Shown here piece after piece: positions 55,119 to 63,496 of a stretch of 64,000 nt of DNA. The position numbers and the translations under genes were made by a program. Each line of letters opens with the position of its first letter. The first letter of the stretch is position 1. This DNA comes from an uncultured Christensenellaceae bacterium (GTDB lineage: Bacteria > Bacillota > Clostridia > Christensenellales > SZUA-584): the NCBI GenBank assembly GCA_964607965.1, contig CAZSMH010000001.1:20132-84131 (forward strand). Reading direction: 5' to 3'. The notes under the pieces were generated by a model. That model was not told where the DNA came from and searched no databases. It saw only the letters and a program-made list of their open reading frames with translations.

Positions 55119-55160
55119 CTGTTAATTATTTGTTAATCACGATAAAATATATATTAACAG
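55119..55160 (+). promoter_or_regulatory. Cluster of three Rex-like half-sites in non-canonical spacing upstream of the ADH gene
   Basis: cTGTTAA (55119-25), TTGTTAA (55130-36) and inverted TTAACAg (55154-60). The canonical clostridial Rex box is TTGTTAA-N4-TTAACAA, and no such arrangement is present. Confidence 0.25.
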
Positions 55161-55205
55161 CAAACATATAATTATCCTGAAAAAAATTTAGAAGAGGAGC
55201 ATGCA

Positions 55206-56375
55206 ATGAAGGATTTTAGATTTTTGAACAAAACAGAAATCGTATTTGGAACTAAAGCCCAGAACGCTGTTGGCGAACTTACAAAAAAGTACGGGAGCAA
55301 GGTGCTCCTCCATTACGGCGGCGGACACATAAAAAAGGCAGGTTTATATCAGCAGATTACAGAACTGCTGAAAAAAGAAGGCGTCAGTTTTATAGAACTG
55401 GGCGGCGTATCGCCCAATCCCAGACTATCTATGGTAAGGGAAGGGATAGAAATCTGCAGACACAACGGCGTTGATTTTATACTTGCAGTGGGCGGAGGCA
55501 GTGTTATAGATTCGGCTAAGGCAATTGCTGTAGGTGTGCATTATAACAAAGATGTCTGGGACTTCTATATTTCTGACGCTAGACCAAAAGAGGCGCTTGG
55601 AGTAGGTGTTGTGCTTACCATACCAGCCGCGGGCAGCGAGGCAAGCAACAGCAGCGTTATCACAGACGAATCAAATAATAATAAACGCTTTCTTGATGAC
55701 GATTTGCTGCGTCCGATGTTTTCGTTGCTTAATCCGCAGCTGACTTTTTCGCTGCCGCCGTTTCAAACTGCATGCGGTGCAACCGATATCATGGCACATA
55801 TTATGGAACGGTACTTCACGCGCGTAAAGGATGCAGAAATTACCGACAGGATGTGTGAAGCTGCATTAAAAACGGTTATCGGCAATGTTAGTAAAGTACT
55901 TAAAAAACCGGATGATTATGCTGCCCGCGCAGAGATTATGTGGACAGGGACGCTGGCTCATAATGGCCTTTTAGGAACAGGCCGAATTGAAGATTGGTCA
56001 TCTCACATGATTGAGCATGAGATAAGCGGCCTTAACGATGTCGCGCACGGCGCAGGTCTTGCTGTTGTTTTTCCGGCATGGATGAGCTATGTATATAAAC
56101 ATGACGTATCGTTGTTTGCGCAGTTTGCTTCAAGGGTTTGGAATGTGGAAGTTGACTATAATAATCTGCAGGCTACAGCGCTTGAAGGAATCAGCCGTAC
56201 AAAATCGTTTTTTAAATCAATCGGTCTGCCTACCAGCTTGGGTGAAATCGGCATTTGTTCCAAGCATTACAGCCGTATTGCGGCAAACTGCCGCCGGGCT
56301 GATGGTAAGACGGTAGGAAACTTTGTAAAACTGCAAAGCGATGATATAATTGAAATACTTAAACTGGCTGAATAA
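55206..56375 (+). CDS. Iron-containing alcohol dehydrogenase (NADH-dependent butanol dehydrogenase-like)
   Basis: GGGSVIDSAKAIA and HxxxH metal-site region (MIEHEISGLNDVAHGAGLAVV); GAGGAG SD. Confidence 0.9.
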   Translation: MKDFRFLNKTEIVFGTKAQNAVGELTKKYGSKVLLHYGGGHIKKAGLYQQITELLKKEGVSFIELGGVSPNPRLSMVREGIEICRHNGVDFILAVGGGSVIDSAKAIAVGVHYNKDVWDFYISDARPKEALGVGVVLTIPAAGSEASNSSVITDESNNNKRFLDDDLLRPMFSLLNPQLTFSLPPFQTACGATDIMAHIMERYFTRVKDAEITDRMCEAALKTVIGNVSKVLKKPDDYAARAEIMWTGTLAHNGLLGTGRIEDWSSHMIEHEISGLNDVAHGAGLAVVFPAWMSYVYKHDVSLFAQFASRVWNVEVDYNNLQATALEGISRTKSFFKSIGLPTSLGEIGICSKHYSRIAANCRRADGKTVGNFVKLQSDDIIEILKLAE

Positions 56376-56443
56376 GCCGCTTTTAACAAGGGTTGTCGCA
56401 AGAGCGGCAGCCCTTATTAAAATGATACGCTTTTAAAAGCGGC
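56376..56443. repeat. 10-bp perfect inverted repeat enclosing the ADH hairpin, plus a 14-bp palindrome
   Basis: GCCGCTTTTA (56376-85) and TAAAAGCGGC (56434-43); CGCTTTTAAAAGCG (56428-41) is a perfect palindrome. Confidence 0.6.
56388..56415 (+). terminator. Hairpin after the ADH gene (weak U-tract)
   Basis: AAGGGUUGUCG-caagag-CGGCAGCCCUU (11 bp including G-U pairs), then AUUAAAAU. Confidence 0.45.
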
Positions 56444-56524
56444 AAAAAACGGTGGCATGTGAGCTTATTGTAAGTATGATAATTGCATATTTACTGTGTA
56501 AAAAATAAGATTATGTAAAAAACT

Positions 56525-56552
56525 TTGTCAGCGGCGCTGCTTATGCTATAAT
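56525..56552 (+). promoter_or_regulatory. SigmaA-type promoter with extended -10 for rex
   Basis: TTGTCA (56525-30), 16-nt spacer, TGcTATAAT with the -10 at 56547-52. The predicted TSS lies downstream of the track start 56555. Confidence 0.6.
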
Positions 56553-56575
56553 ACGTGAAAAGAAAGGAGGCACAT

Positions 56576-57214
56576 ATGCAGGAAAACAGAATACCTGAAG
56601 CAGTGATACACAGATTGCCTAAATATTACAGATATCTGTCAGAACTTGAGGCGGCAGGTATGGAACGCGTTTCATCTGCCCGTATGAGTACGGACATGAG
56701 ACTAAATGCCTCCCAGATTCGCAGGGATTTAAACTGTTTCGGAGGCTTCGGCCAGCAGGGCTACGGCTATCAGGTAATACGCTTGAAGCAGGAGATAATG
56801 AAGATACTTGGTGTAGGCTCTTCACATAAAGCGGTTATAGTCGGTGTCGGCAACATTGGACAAGCGCTGCTCAAATACAAGCATTTTGCACAGGAAGGTT
56901 ATCAGATCATTGCGGCTTTTGATTCGGATGAGAGCATTATAGGCCACGATTTGGGCGGTATAGAGGTTAAACCTATGAGTGAGCTTGAAGGCTTTATTTA
57001 TAAGAATGCTGTAGATATCGGCATTGTTTCTGTGCCAAAAAAATATGCGCAAAGAATTACAGACGAATTGGTCAGTCTAGGCGTTAAAGGTATTTGGAAC
57101 TTTGCACCGGTTGACGTACAGGTTCGCCGCGGAGTCAGCATAGTAAATGTTCATTTAAGCGATGGTTTATATGTATTATCGTACAGGATGAGGCAGAACA
57201 GTGAAAACAATTAG
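56576..57214 (+). CDS. rex: Redox-sensing transcriptional repressor Rex
   Basis: The ATG at 56576 follows an AAAGGAGG SD. IPEAVIHRLPKYYRYL, Rossmann motif VIVGVGNIGQAL, NFAP. Confidence 0.95.
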   Translation: MQENRIPEAVIHRLPKYYRYLSELEAAGMERVSSARMSTDMRLNASQIRRDLNCFGGFGQQGYGYQVIRLKQEIMKILGVGSSHKAVIVGVGNIGQALLKYKHFAQEGYQIIAAFDSDESIIGHDLGGIEVKPMSELEGFIYKNAVDIGIVSVPKKYAQRITDELVSLGVKGIWNFAPVDVQVRRGVSIVNVHLSDGLYVLSYRMRQNSENN

Positions 57215-57593
57215 CATAAGAACAAGCAAGCGTAACCAGATGGTGGATATTACAAGGGAAATACAAAAGTGTGTCAATGAAAGCGGTATTCAAAGTGGCC
57301 TTGTGTGTATTTTTGTGCCGCACACCACGGCGGGCATATCCATCAATGAAAATGCAGACCCGGATGTAATACGGGATGTCATGTTTGCTTTAGAACGAAC
57401 TGTGCCAAACAGCGGCTTTGCACATATCGAAGGCAATTCTGATGCACATACCAAAGCTCAGATAACAGGTTTTTCTTTAACCGTAATTATTGATGACGGC
57501 AGGCTTAATCTTGGCACATGGCAAAGCATCTATTTTTGCGAATTTGACGGGCCTCGGAACAGACGCGTAAACGTAAAAGTGATTGCTGATTAA
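57201..57593 (+). CDS. YjbQ/UPF0047 family protein (secondary thiamine-phosphate synthase-like)
   Basis: GTG start overlapping the rex 3' end. VPHTTAGISINENADPDV..D........P......H..GN.DAH.K...G. Confidence 0.85.
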   Translation: MKTISIRTSKRNQMVDITREIQKCVNESGIQSGLVCIFVPHTTAGISINENADPDVIRDVMFALERTVPNSGFAHIEGNSDAHTKAQITGFSLTVIIDDGRLNLGTWQSIYFCEFDGPRNRRVNVKVIAD

Positions 57594-57689
57594 ATATGAT
57601 ATATTTGTTAAACAGTACGCATGTCTGTTTACAAAGTTCAAAAAATATTGTATGTTAAGCTATGCAATACCAAATGGGGGAGAGAGGTC

Positions 57690-59222
57690 ATGCGTAGAAA
57701 ACAGCATCAACACTTCAAAGCATTGCTTCTTGCATTGGGAGTTCTTGTTGTTTCATTGATAGTAGTATTAATTTTGATGTTTACCGGCGGTGCCTTGAAC
57801 AGCGAGGAACGGCAAGTCCGGTTTATTGACGCTGCGCATTTTTTGCCCGGCATTTCGGTTGGGGGTGTTGATGTTTCGGGCAAAAGTTTCAAAGAGGCGC
57901 TTGGAGATGAGCAGATTTTGGCCGGAGCAAGAGCTTTTGAAGAGAGCTTTTCATACTCGTTTAACGTGGTTAATACCACACATACTTTTTCTGCGGCAGA
58001 GCTTGGGCTTGTGGCAAATACAGAACAGCTGCTAAAGGAAGCAATATGCTTCGGGCAGCATGGAGAAGGAGATGTAGTCAGCCAGCAAAAAGAGCAGCTG
58101 GAAAACGGCAATGTAAATTTTGATTTCGGGGTATACGGCGAGGAACCCATAGTGAAAGCGCGGATAACGGAGCTAAAGCCACAAATTGATGCTCTTCCGG
58201 CTGATGCTATGTATGAGATAGCCGATGATATAAAGAGCAATCCAAAGGCGGTATGCCTTGAGGATGTAGAGGGCGTTACGATAATTGCAGAGACTGTGGG
58301 AGCTGATGTTGACGCGGCTGCGCTGGCGAAGCTTATATGCAGCAATGTAAACAGCGGCAATTATGATATTATAGATGCGCCTGCCATTACTGCATATCCC
58401 AAAGTGGATACAGAAATGCTTAAGGCCAACACAGTAAAAAGAGGCGAGATGACATCGCTGTTTAACGTAAGGCCGCTTAATAAAGCTAAACGTGTTAAAA
58501 ATATAAAAATTTTCGCAAATATAATAAACGGGACGATAATCAATCCGGGTGAAACATGGTCTTTGAACGAGACCGCAGGTCCAAGAAATGAAACAACTGC
58601 AAAGACTATCGGCTGGGAAGCTGCGCCCGGAATAAGCAACGGACGATATGAAGAACAGCTTGGCGGCGGCGTATGCCAGGTATCCAGCACAGTTTATAAT
58701 GCTGCTCTGCGTGCCGAAATGACAATTGTTGAGAGAAGACCTCACAGCTGGCCTTCGTCATATGTGCCTGAGGGACTTGACGCGACTATAAGCACTGGGG
58801 GGCCCGACCTTGTTATAAGCAATCCGACCGACAGCCCTGTTTATATGGTGGCATGCGTGGACGATGAAGAATATAAGCTTACCGTACAGTTTTTCGGTGC
58901 GTCCCAGCCTCACGGCTTAACCATTGATTTCATCAGCAAAAAGGTAAGTACGGGAAAGGCACCGGAACCGAAGTATTATTATAATTCGCCTACTACGCCG
59001 GACGGCGAGCCTATAGGCGAGGGTAAAACATATGAATGGATAAAACCGCGCGGAAGCCAGACGTGGAGGGTATACAAACAGTATAAGGATGCAGACGGAA
59101 ATGTAATAAAAACGGAAACATATGGCAAAGATGTTACATACAAGGCTTATGCGGGCGTTTATTATGTAAACGGTCCCGATCCGTCTCTGGCGCCGTCCGT
59201 GCCCGATGCGGGTGAAGGCTGA
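57690..59222 (+). CDS. VanW-family protein (TM anchor, PG-binding-like domain, VanW domain, G5-like tail)
   Basis: The ATG at 57690 follows a GGGGGAGAGAGG SD. ISVGGVDVSGKS; VanW core GGGVCQVSSTVYNAALRAEM...RRPHS. Confidence 0.85.
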   Translation: MRRKQHQHFKALLLALGVLVVSLIVVLILMFTGGALNSEERQVRFIDAAHFLPGISVGGVDVSGKSFKEALGDEQILAGARAFEESFSYSFNVVNTTHTFSAAELGLVANTEQLLKEAICFGQHGEGDVVSQQKEQLENGNVNFDFGVYGEEPIVKARITELKPQIDALPADAMYEIADDIKSNPKAVCLEDVEGVTIIAETVGADVDAAALAKLICSNVNSGNYDIIDAPAITAYPKVDTEMLKANTVKRGEMTSLFNVRPLNKAKRVKNIKIFANIINGTIINPGETWSLNETAGPRNETTAKTIGWEAAPGISNGRYEEQLGGGVCQVSSTVYNAALRAEMTIVERRPHSWPSSYVPEGLDATISTGGPDLVISNPTDSPVYMVACVDDEEYKLTVQFFGASQPHGLTIDFISKKVSTGKAPEPKYYYNSPTTPDGEPIGEGKTYEWIKPRGSQTWRVYKQYKDADGNVIKTETYGKDVTYKAYAGVYYVNGPDPSLAPSVPDAGEG

Positions 59223-59272
59223 GAAACAGCTTATTGCAGAGCTTTTAAAGGAAGCGTGAATCAGGTTAACTG

Positions 59273-61027
59273 ATGGAGGAAAAGATGGTCAAAAAAGCAC
59301 AAATTGAGATAAAAGAAACTGATATTGAGATAAAAGGTACTGATAAGGATGAAAAAAAACGCAGGATATTCTTGATTGCGGCTGCAAGCGTTTTGTTTGC
59401 AGCAATAGTTATATCTGTAATTTTGATTTTGGGTAATGCGCAGGCGAGCGAGGATAATATTGAGAGGATACTGGAATTCGGCAAATTGACAGACGGAGTA
59501 TCAATAGGAGGAGTCGACATTTCAGGAATGACGGAGCAGGAAGCGCGTGCCGCTACCGAGAACCTGCCTGATAGATTGCTGGCAAATACCAGCTTGTCGT
59601 TTGACATTGACGGCGCCCACGCAACATTGGGGGCACAGATATTAGGCCTTGCGACGGATTATGAAGAGATTTTCTCAAGTGCCGTTAAATTCGGCCGTTC
59701 AGGCAGCTTTGAAGAGCGCGTATCAGATATTAAGGCGGCGTTTGAAGGCCGGGCGGCGTTTGATATTATAATTAAAGCGGACGAGGCCTCTGTAAAGGCT
59801 GGCCTTGCTTCAAACTATGATACATTCAATAATGATGCGCGAGATGCTTCATACATTTTTATGCCCAACGGTTATCTTGAAGACGGCACACCGTTTGAAC
59901 CGGGCGAATTCAACGGCAAGGCAATAACATACCCTGAAACGCTTGTCCGGATTCCGGAAGAGCAAATGCCAAATCCGCTAAGATATCAGTACTGGAAAAA
60001 AACAAAGTATATAAAAGACAGCAGGCCGGAGGATGCCAATATTGCGCGCTTTCTGTATATGGAGGAAGAAAAAGGCATAAATACAGATATGGATGCCTTA
60101 GCAGCGCTTATTATTCAAGCGGTGGAAAAAGCGGATTTTTCCACGGTGATTGTTGTGCCCGTACAGGTGTCAGAGCCCACAGTTACGCTTGATCAGGTTA
60201 AGGCAAAAACTCAGCTTGTTTCATCGTGGACAACTTGGTACGGACACAGCTCTAGTAAAAACAGAGCTTGGAACGTAGGGCTGCTGGCAAGCAAGATAAA
60301 CGGCACGGTGCTTGAGCCTAATGTACAGTGGTCAATAAACAAGAACATCGGGAAACGCACTATAGCGGGCGGCTTTAAAAAAGCCGGGGCTTTAAGCGGC
60401 GGAAGGACGATTGAAGATGACGTCGGGGGCGGGGTATGCCAAGTGGCAAGCACACTCTACAATGCCGCTATCCGTTCGGATATAAGTGTGCCCGAACAGC
60501 ACCGCCATACTATTCCTTCGGCTTACTTGCCTATTGCTCTCGATGCGGCCATAAGCGTCAGCCCCGATCTTGCGCTGCTAAATCAGCATGACGTGCCAGT
60601 GTTTATTGTGTCGTATCTTGATTATAAGAATAAGAACATTACGTTTGAGATATATGGACCGACCGTTGTGCACGAAACGTACGGCGATGTGATACTCGAT
60701 TTTGAAGGTAAAAAAACGGGCACAGGGGCAACGCCCGCTACAATTAATTATTACAACCAAAAGAAGACGCCGGACGGAGATACGATTCCTGAAGGCGGTA
60801 AAGTTGTATATCGAGATGCGCGTGCGGCCGTATACTGCAGGGCTTATATCATATATCGCGACCTTACAGGTAAAGAGCTTGAAAAAAAGGTGCTGTATAA
60901 TGACAGTTATAATTCGTTTACAGGACAGGTATACCACAACTATCCCGAAGGAGGTCCTGTAGTTCCGCCCGGAAATGAGGAACCGCCCGTGGGAGGAGGA
61001 GAAGAACCGCCCGAAGATACGCCTTAA
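59273..61027 (+). CDS. VanW-family protein, tandem paralog with Pro/Glu/Gly-rich tail
   Basis: VSIGGVDISGMT; GGGVCQVASTLYNAAIRSD...HRHT. The start is 59273 or 59285 (GGAGGA SD 5 nt upstream of the latter). Confidence 0.85.
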   Translation: MEEKMVKKAQIEIKETDIEIKGTDKDEKKRRIFLIAAASVLFAAIVISVILILGNAQASEDNIERILEFGKLTDGVSIGGVDISGMTEQEARAATENLPDRLLANTSLSFDIDGAHATLGAQILGLATDYEEIFSSAVKFGRSGSFEERVSDIKAAFEGRAAFDIIIKADEASVKAGLASNYDTFNNDARDASYIFMPNGYLEDGTPFEPGEFNGKAITYPETLVRIPEEQMPNPLRYQYWKKTKYIKDSRPEDANIARFLYMEEEKGINTDMDALAALIIQAVEKADFSTVIVVPVQVSEPTVTLDQVKAKTQLVSSWTTWYGHSSSKNRAWNVGLLASKINGTVLEPNVQWSINKNIGKRTIAGGFKKAGALSGGRTIEDDVGGGVCQVASTLYNAAIRSDISVPEQHRHTIPSAYLPIALDAAISVSPDLALLNQHDVPVFIVSYLDYKNKNITFEIYGPTVVHETYGDVILDFEGKKTGTGATPATINYYNQKKTPDGDTIPEGGKVVYRDARAAVYCRAYIIYRDLTGKELEKKVLYNDSYNSFTGQVYHNYPEGGPVVPPGNEEPPVGGGEEPPEDTP

Positions 61028-61094
61028 GGAGGCGGCTGATTATGCCGATTAGCCGAAATTCCGCTTTGTTAAGGCGCTTGCTATTCATTCACTG

Positions 61095-61123
61095 TTGACG
61101 AAATTTTATTTTGGTGATAATAT
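61095..61123 (+). promoter_or_regulatory. SigmaA-type promoter with extended -10; implies a ~140-nt leader
   Basis: TTGACG (61095-100), 17-nt spacer, TGaTAATAT with the -10 at 61118-23. Confidence 0.55.
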
Positions 61124-61274
61124 AAACTAAAATATGTATCAATATTGGTACAAAAATTATGGTCGAGAAAAAGCCGATGACAGAATTTCTGGACCGCGTA
61201 GTGTTCTTGAAACATTGGGCCGGAACTAAGAAATATCATATCGTCTTTAAGAACCATGTTAAAAAGGAGAAAAA

Positions 61275-61556
61275 ATGTTTCAGGACAGGACACTAACGTG
61301 CGCAGATTGCGGAGAAAGCTTTGTATTCTCTGCTTCAGAGCAAGAATTCTATCACGATAAGGGCTATGAAAACGACCCGAAAAGGTGTCTATCATGTCGC
61401 CAGCAAAGAAAACAGCAAAAAAGGTCGAGCGACCGCCCGATGTTTGATGCTGTTTGTGCTGAATGCGGTGCGGAAACAAAGGTGCCGTTTCAGCCGACCG
61501 GCGAGCGGCCTGTTTATTGCAGCGATTGTTTTAAGGCTAGAAAAGACCGGTATTAA
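61275..61556 (+). CDS. Double CxxC zinc-ribbon protein (CxxC-x17-CxxC type)
   Basis: AAAAGGAG SD. CADCGESF...CLSCRQQR and CAECGAETKVPFQP...PVYCSDCF; basic linker. Confidence 0.8.
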   Translation: MFQDRTLTCADCGESFVFSASEQEFYHDKGYENDPKRCLSCRQQRKQQKRSSDRPMFDAVCAECGAETKVPFQPTGERPVYCSDCFKARKDRY

Positions 61557-61570
61557 AAATTTAACAAAAA

Positions 61571-61603
61571 AGCGCCGTATTCGTACGAATATGGCGCTTT
61601 TTG
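61571..61603 (+). terminator. Rho-independent terminator
   Basis: AGCGCCGTATTCG-ta-CGAATATGGCGCT (13 bp, 1 mismatch) followed by TTTTGC. Confidence 0.85.
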
Positions 61604-61639
61604 CATATGAGTAAAGCTGTTAATATACCAACAGCATGT

Positions 61640-61669
61640 TTGACGTTGTGCACATACCGGTGGTAGAAT
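61640..61669 (+). promoter_or_regulatory. SigmaA-type promoter with extended -10 for the Lrp-aminotransferase operon
   Basis: TTGACG (61640-45), 18-nt spacer, TGgTAGAAT with the -10 at 61664-69. Confidence 0.5.
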
Positions 61670-61703
61670 ACTTAAAGCTTAATTTAGGGACGGAGGGGTT
61701 TTT

Positions 61704-62198
61704 ATGAAAAATGGTTTGTGTGCCGAGATTCTTGATATGCTTGAAAATGACGCAAAAGTCAGCATAGAAGATATGGCTGTGCTTACCGGAGCATCCAGCG
61801 AAAAAATAAGAGAAGCCATTACGGCAATGGAAAAGGAAAAAATAATAGTTAAATATACAACAATAACAAACCGGGAAAAGCTTGGGGCTGATGAGGCGGA
61901 AGCATTGATCGAAGTTAAAGTTGTACCTAAAAGGGGACTTGGTTACGATGATCTTGCAGAACGCATATATCGCTTTTCGGAAGTTAAATCAGTATATCTG
62001 ATGTCGGGTACATACGATCTTTCAGTTGTAGTTAAAGCCGATACTATGAAACAAATATCCCAGTTTGTTTTTGAAAAACTGGCTGTGCTGGAGGGCGTTT
62101 CCAGTACGGTGACGCACTTTATTATGCGTAAATACAAAGAACAGGGAGTGATTTTGACAACGCGGGAGCAGGAGGAAAGGCTGGTAATTTCGCTATGA
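61704..62198 (+). CDS. Lrp/AsnC family transcriptional regulator
   Basis: N-terminal HTH (ILDMLENDAKVSIEDMAVLTGASSEKIREAI) plus a RAM/ACT-like C-terminal domain (V.LMSGTYDL.V.V.A). Confidence 0.85.
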   Translation: MKNGLCAEILDMLENDAKVSIEDMAVLTGASSEKIREAITAMEKEKIIVKYTTITNREKLGADEAEALIEVKVVPKRGLGYDDLAERIYRFSEVKSVYLMSGTYDLSVVVKADTMKQISQFVFEKLAVLEGVSSTVTHFIMRKYKEQGVILTTREQEERLVISL

Positions 62199-63367
62199 CA
62201 ACAGAGAGATTTGTTTCTTCGATAGTTAAAGAAGTCCCGCCCTCCGGAATACGCAAATTTTTTGATATTGCAAGCGAAATGAAAGACTGTATTTCGCTTG
62301 GTGTGGGAGAGCCCGATTTTGACACTCCGTGGAACATTCGGGAGAGCGCCATTTACGCGCTGGAATCCGGCCGTACGCATTACTCATCGAACCATGGCGG
62401 CACCGAACTGCGAAAGGCAATAAGTGATTATCTTGATTTGCGTTTCGGGCTTAGCTTTGATATCAATCAGATTCTTGTGACGGTAGGAGCCAGCGAGGCT
62501 CTTGATCTTGCGTTTCGCGCTATAATGAATCCCGGTGACGATGTTATTGCACCGTCACCCTCATATGTGGCATATATGCCGGGAATCAGCTTTGCAGGCG
62601 GCAACCCTGTGCCTATGGTACTGCGGGAAGAAAACCAATTCCGGATTACACCCGAAGACTTAAAAGCGGCTGTAACAAAAAAATCTAAAGCTATAATAAT
62701 CGCTTTCCCCAACAACCCGACAGGCGCAATAATGACAAAAGAGGATTATGAAAAAATCGTTCCAATAATAATTGAAAATGATTTGCTGGTTATATCAGAC
62801 GAGATATATGCAGAGCTTACATATGGTCGCCAACACTTTTCGATTGCGTCGCTGCCCGGAATGAAGGAGCGCACAATAGTAATTAACGGTTTTTCAAAAG
62901 CTTTTGCAATGACGGGTTTTAGGCTTGGATTTGCAGCGGGGCCAAAACCTTTGATAGACGCTATGGTAAAAGTGCATCAGTATTCCATGCTCTGTGCGCC
63001 CTCAATAAGTCAGGATGCTGGCATAGAAGCGCTGCGGTACGAGTGCGGCCATAAGTTTAACCAGGTTAAGGCTATGGTGGCTGAGTATAACAGGCGCAGG
63101 AGATATATGCACGGGGCATTTAATGATATGGGGTTGAGTTGTTTTGAGCCTTTCGGCGCTTTTTACACATTTCCAAATATTAGCTCAACAGGACTGACTG
63201 CGGACGAATTCTGCACACGGCTGCTATACGAAAAAAAGGTTGCCTGCGTGCCCGGGACGGCTTTCAGCGATAATATGAACAATTTTATTCGATGCTCGTA
63301 TGCTACATCGCTTGAGAAAATTAAGGAAGCAATGGTCAGAATTAAAACCTTTATTGAGAGCCTTTAA
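62195..63367 (+). CDS. Pyridoxal-phosphate-dependent aminotransferase, class I/II (AspC-like)
   Basis: GVGEPDFDTP, NPTG, and the PLP-lysine motif NGFSKAFAMTGFRLG. The start overlaps the Lrp stop. Confidence 0.9.
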   Translation: MTTERFVSSIVKEVPPSGIRKFFDIASEMKDCISLGVGEPDFDTPWNIRESAIYALESGRTHYSSNHGGTELRKAISDYLDLRFGLSFDINQILVTVGASEALDLAFRAIMNPGDDVIAPSPSYVAYMPGISFAGGNPVPMVLREENQFRITPEDLKAAVTKKSKAIIIAFPNNPTGAIMTKEDYEKIVPIIIENDLLVISDEIYAELTYGRQHFSIASLPGMKERTIVINGFSKAFAMTGFRLGFAAGPKPLIDAMVKVHQYSMLCAPSISQDAGIEALRYECGHKFNQVKAMVAEYNRRRRYMHGAFNDMGLSCFEPFGAFYTFPNISSTGLTADEFCTRLLYEKKVACVPGTAFSDNMNNFIRCSYATSLEKIKEAMVRIKTFIESL

Positions 63368-63423
63368 GTAAAAGCAGAAATTTGCTACTGCAAATAAGCG
63401 GTTAATGTTATGCATATTTGTGT

Positions 63424-63450
63424 TAAAGCAATTTCTTAGAATACCGATAA
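63424..63450 (+). promoter_or_regulatory. Sigma28-type promoter (TAAA-N16-CCGATAA)
   Basis: gTTAAAGc with TAAA at 63424-27 and aCCGATAAT with CCGATAA at 63444-50. The spacing is 1 nt shorter than the two strong sigma28 promoters in the window. 46 nt upstream of ATG 63497. Confidence 0.55.
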
Positions 63451-63496
63451 TACTATAAGAGATGGAATCTTTATAAATTGGCAAGGAGGCCGTAAT

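Noticed and set aside
61081-61479. A 132-aa minus-strand ORF overlapping the zinc-ribbon gene and its promoter and leader.
   Set aside because: The plus strand has a promoter, SD, double-CxxC protein and terminator. The minus frame has no SD or motif.
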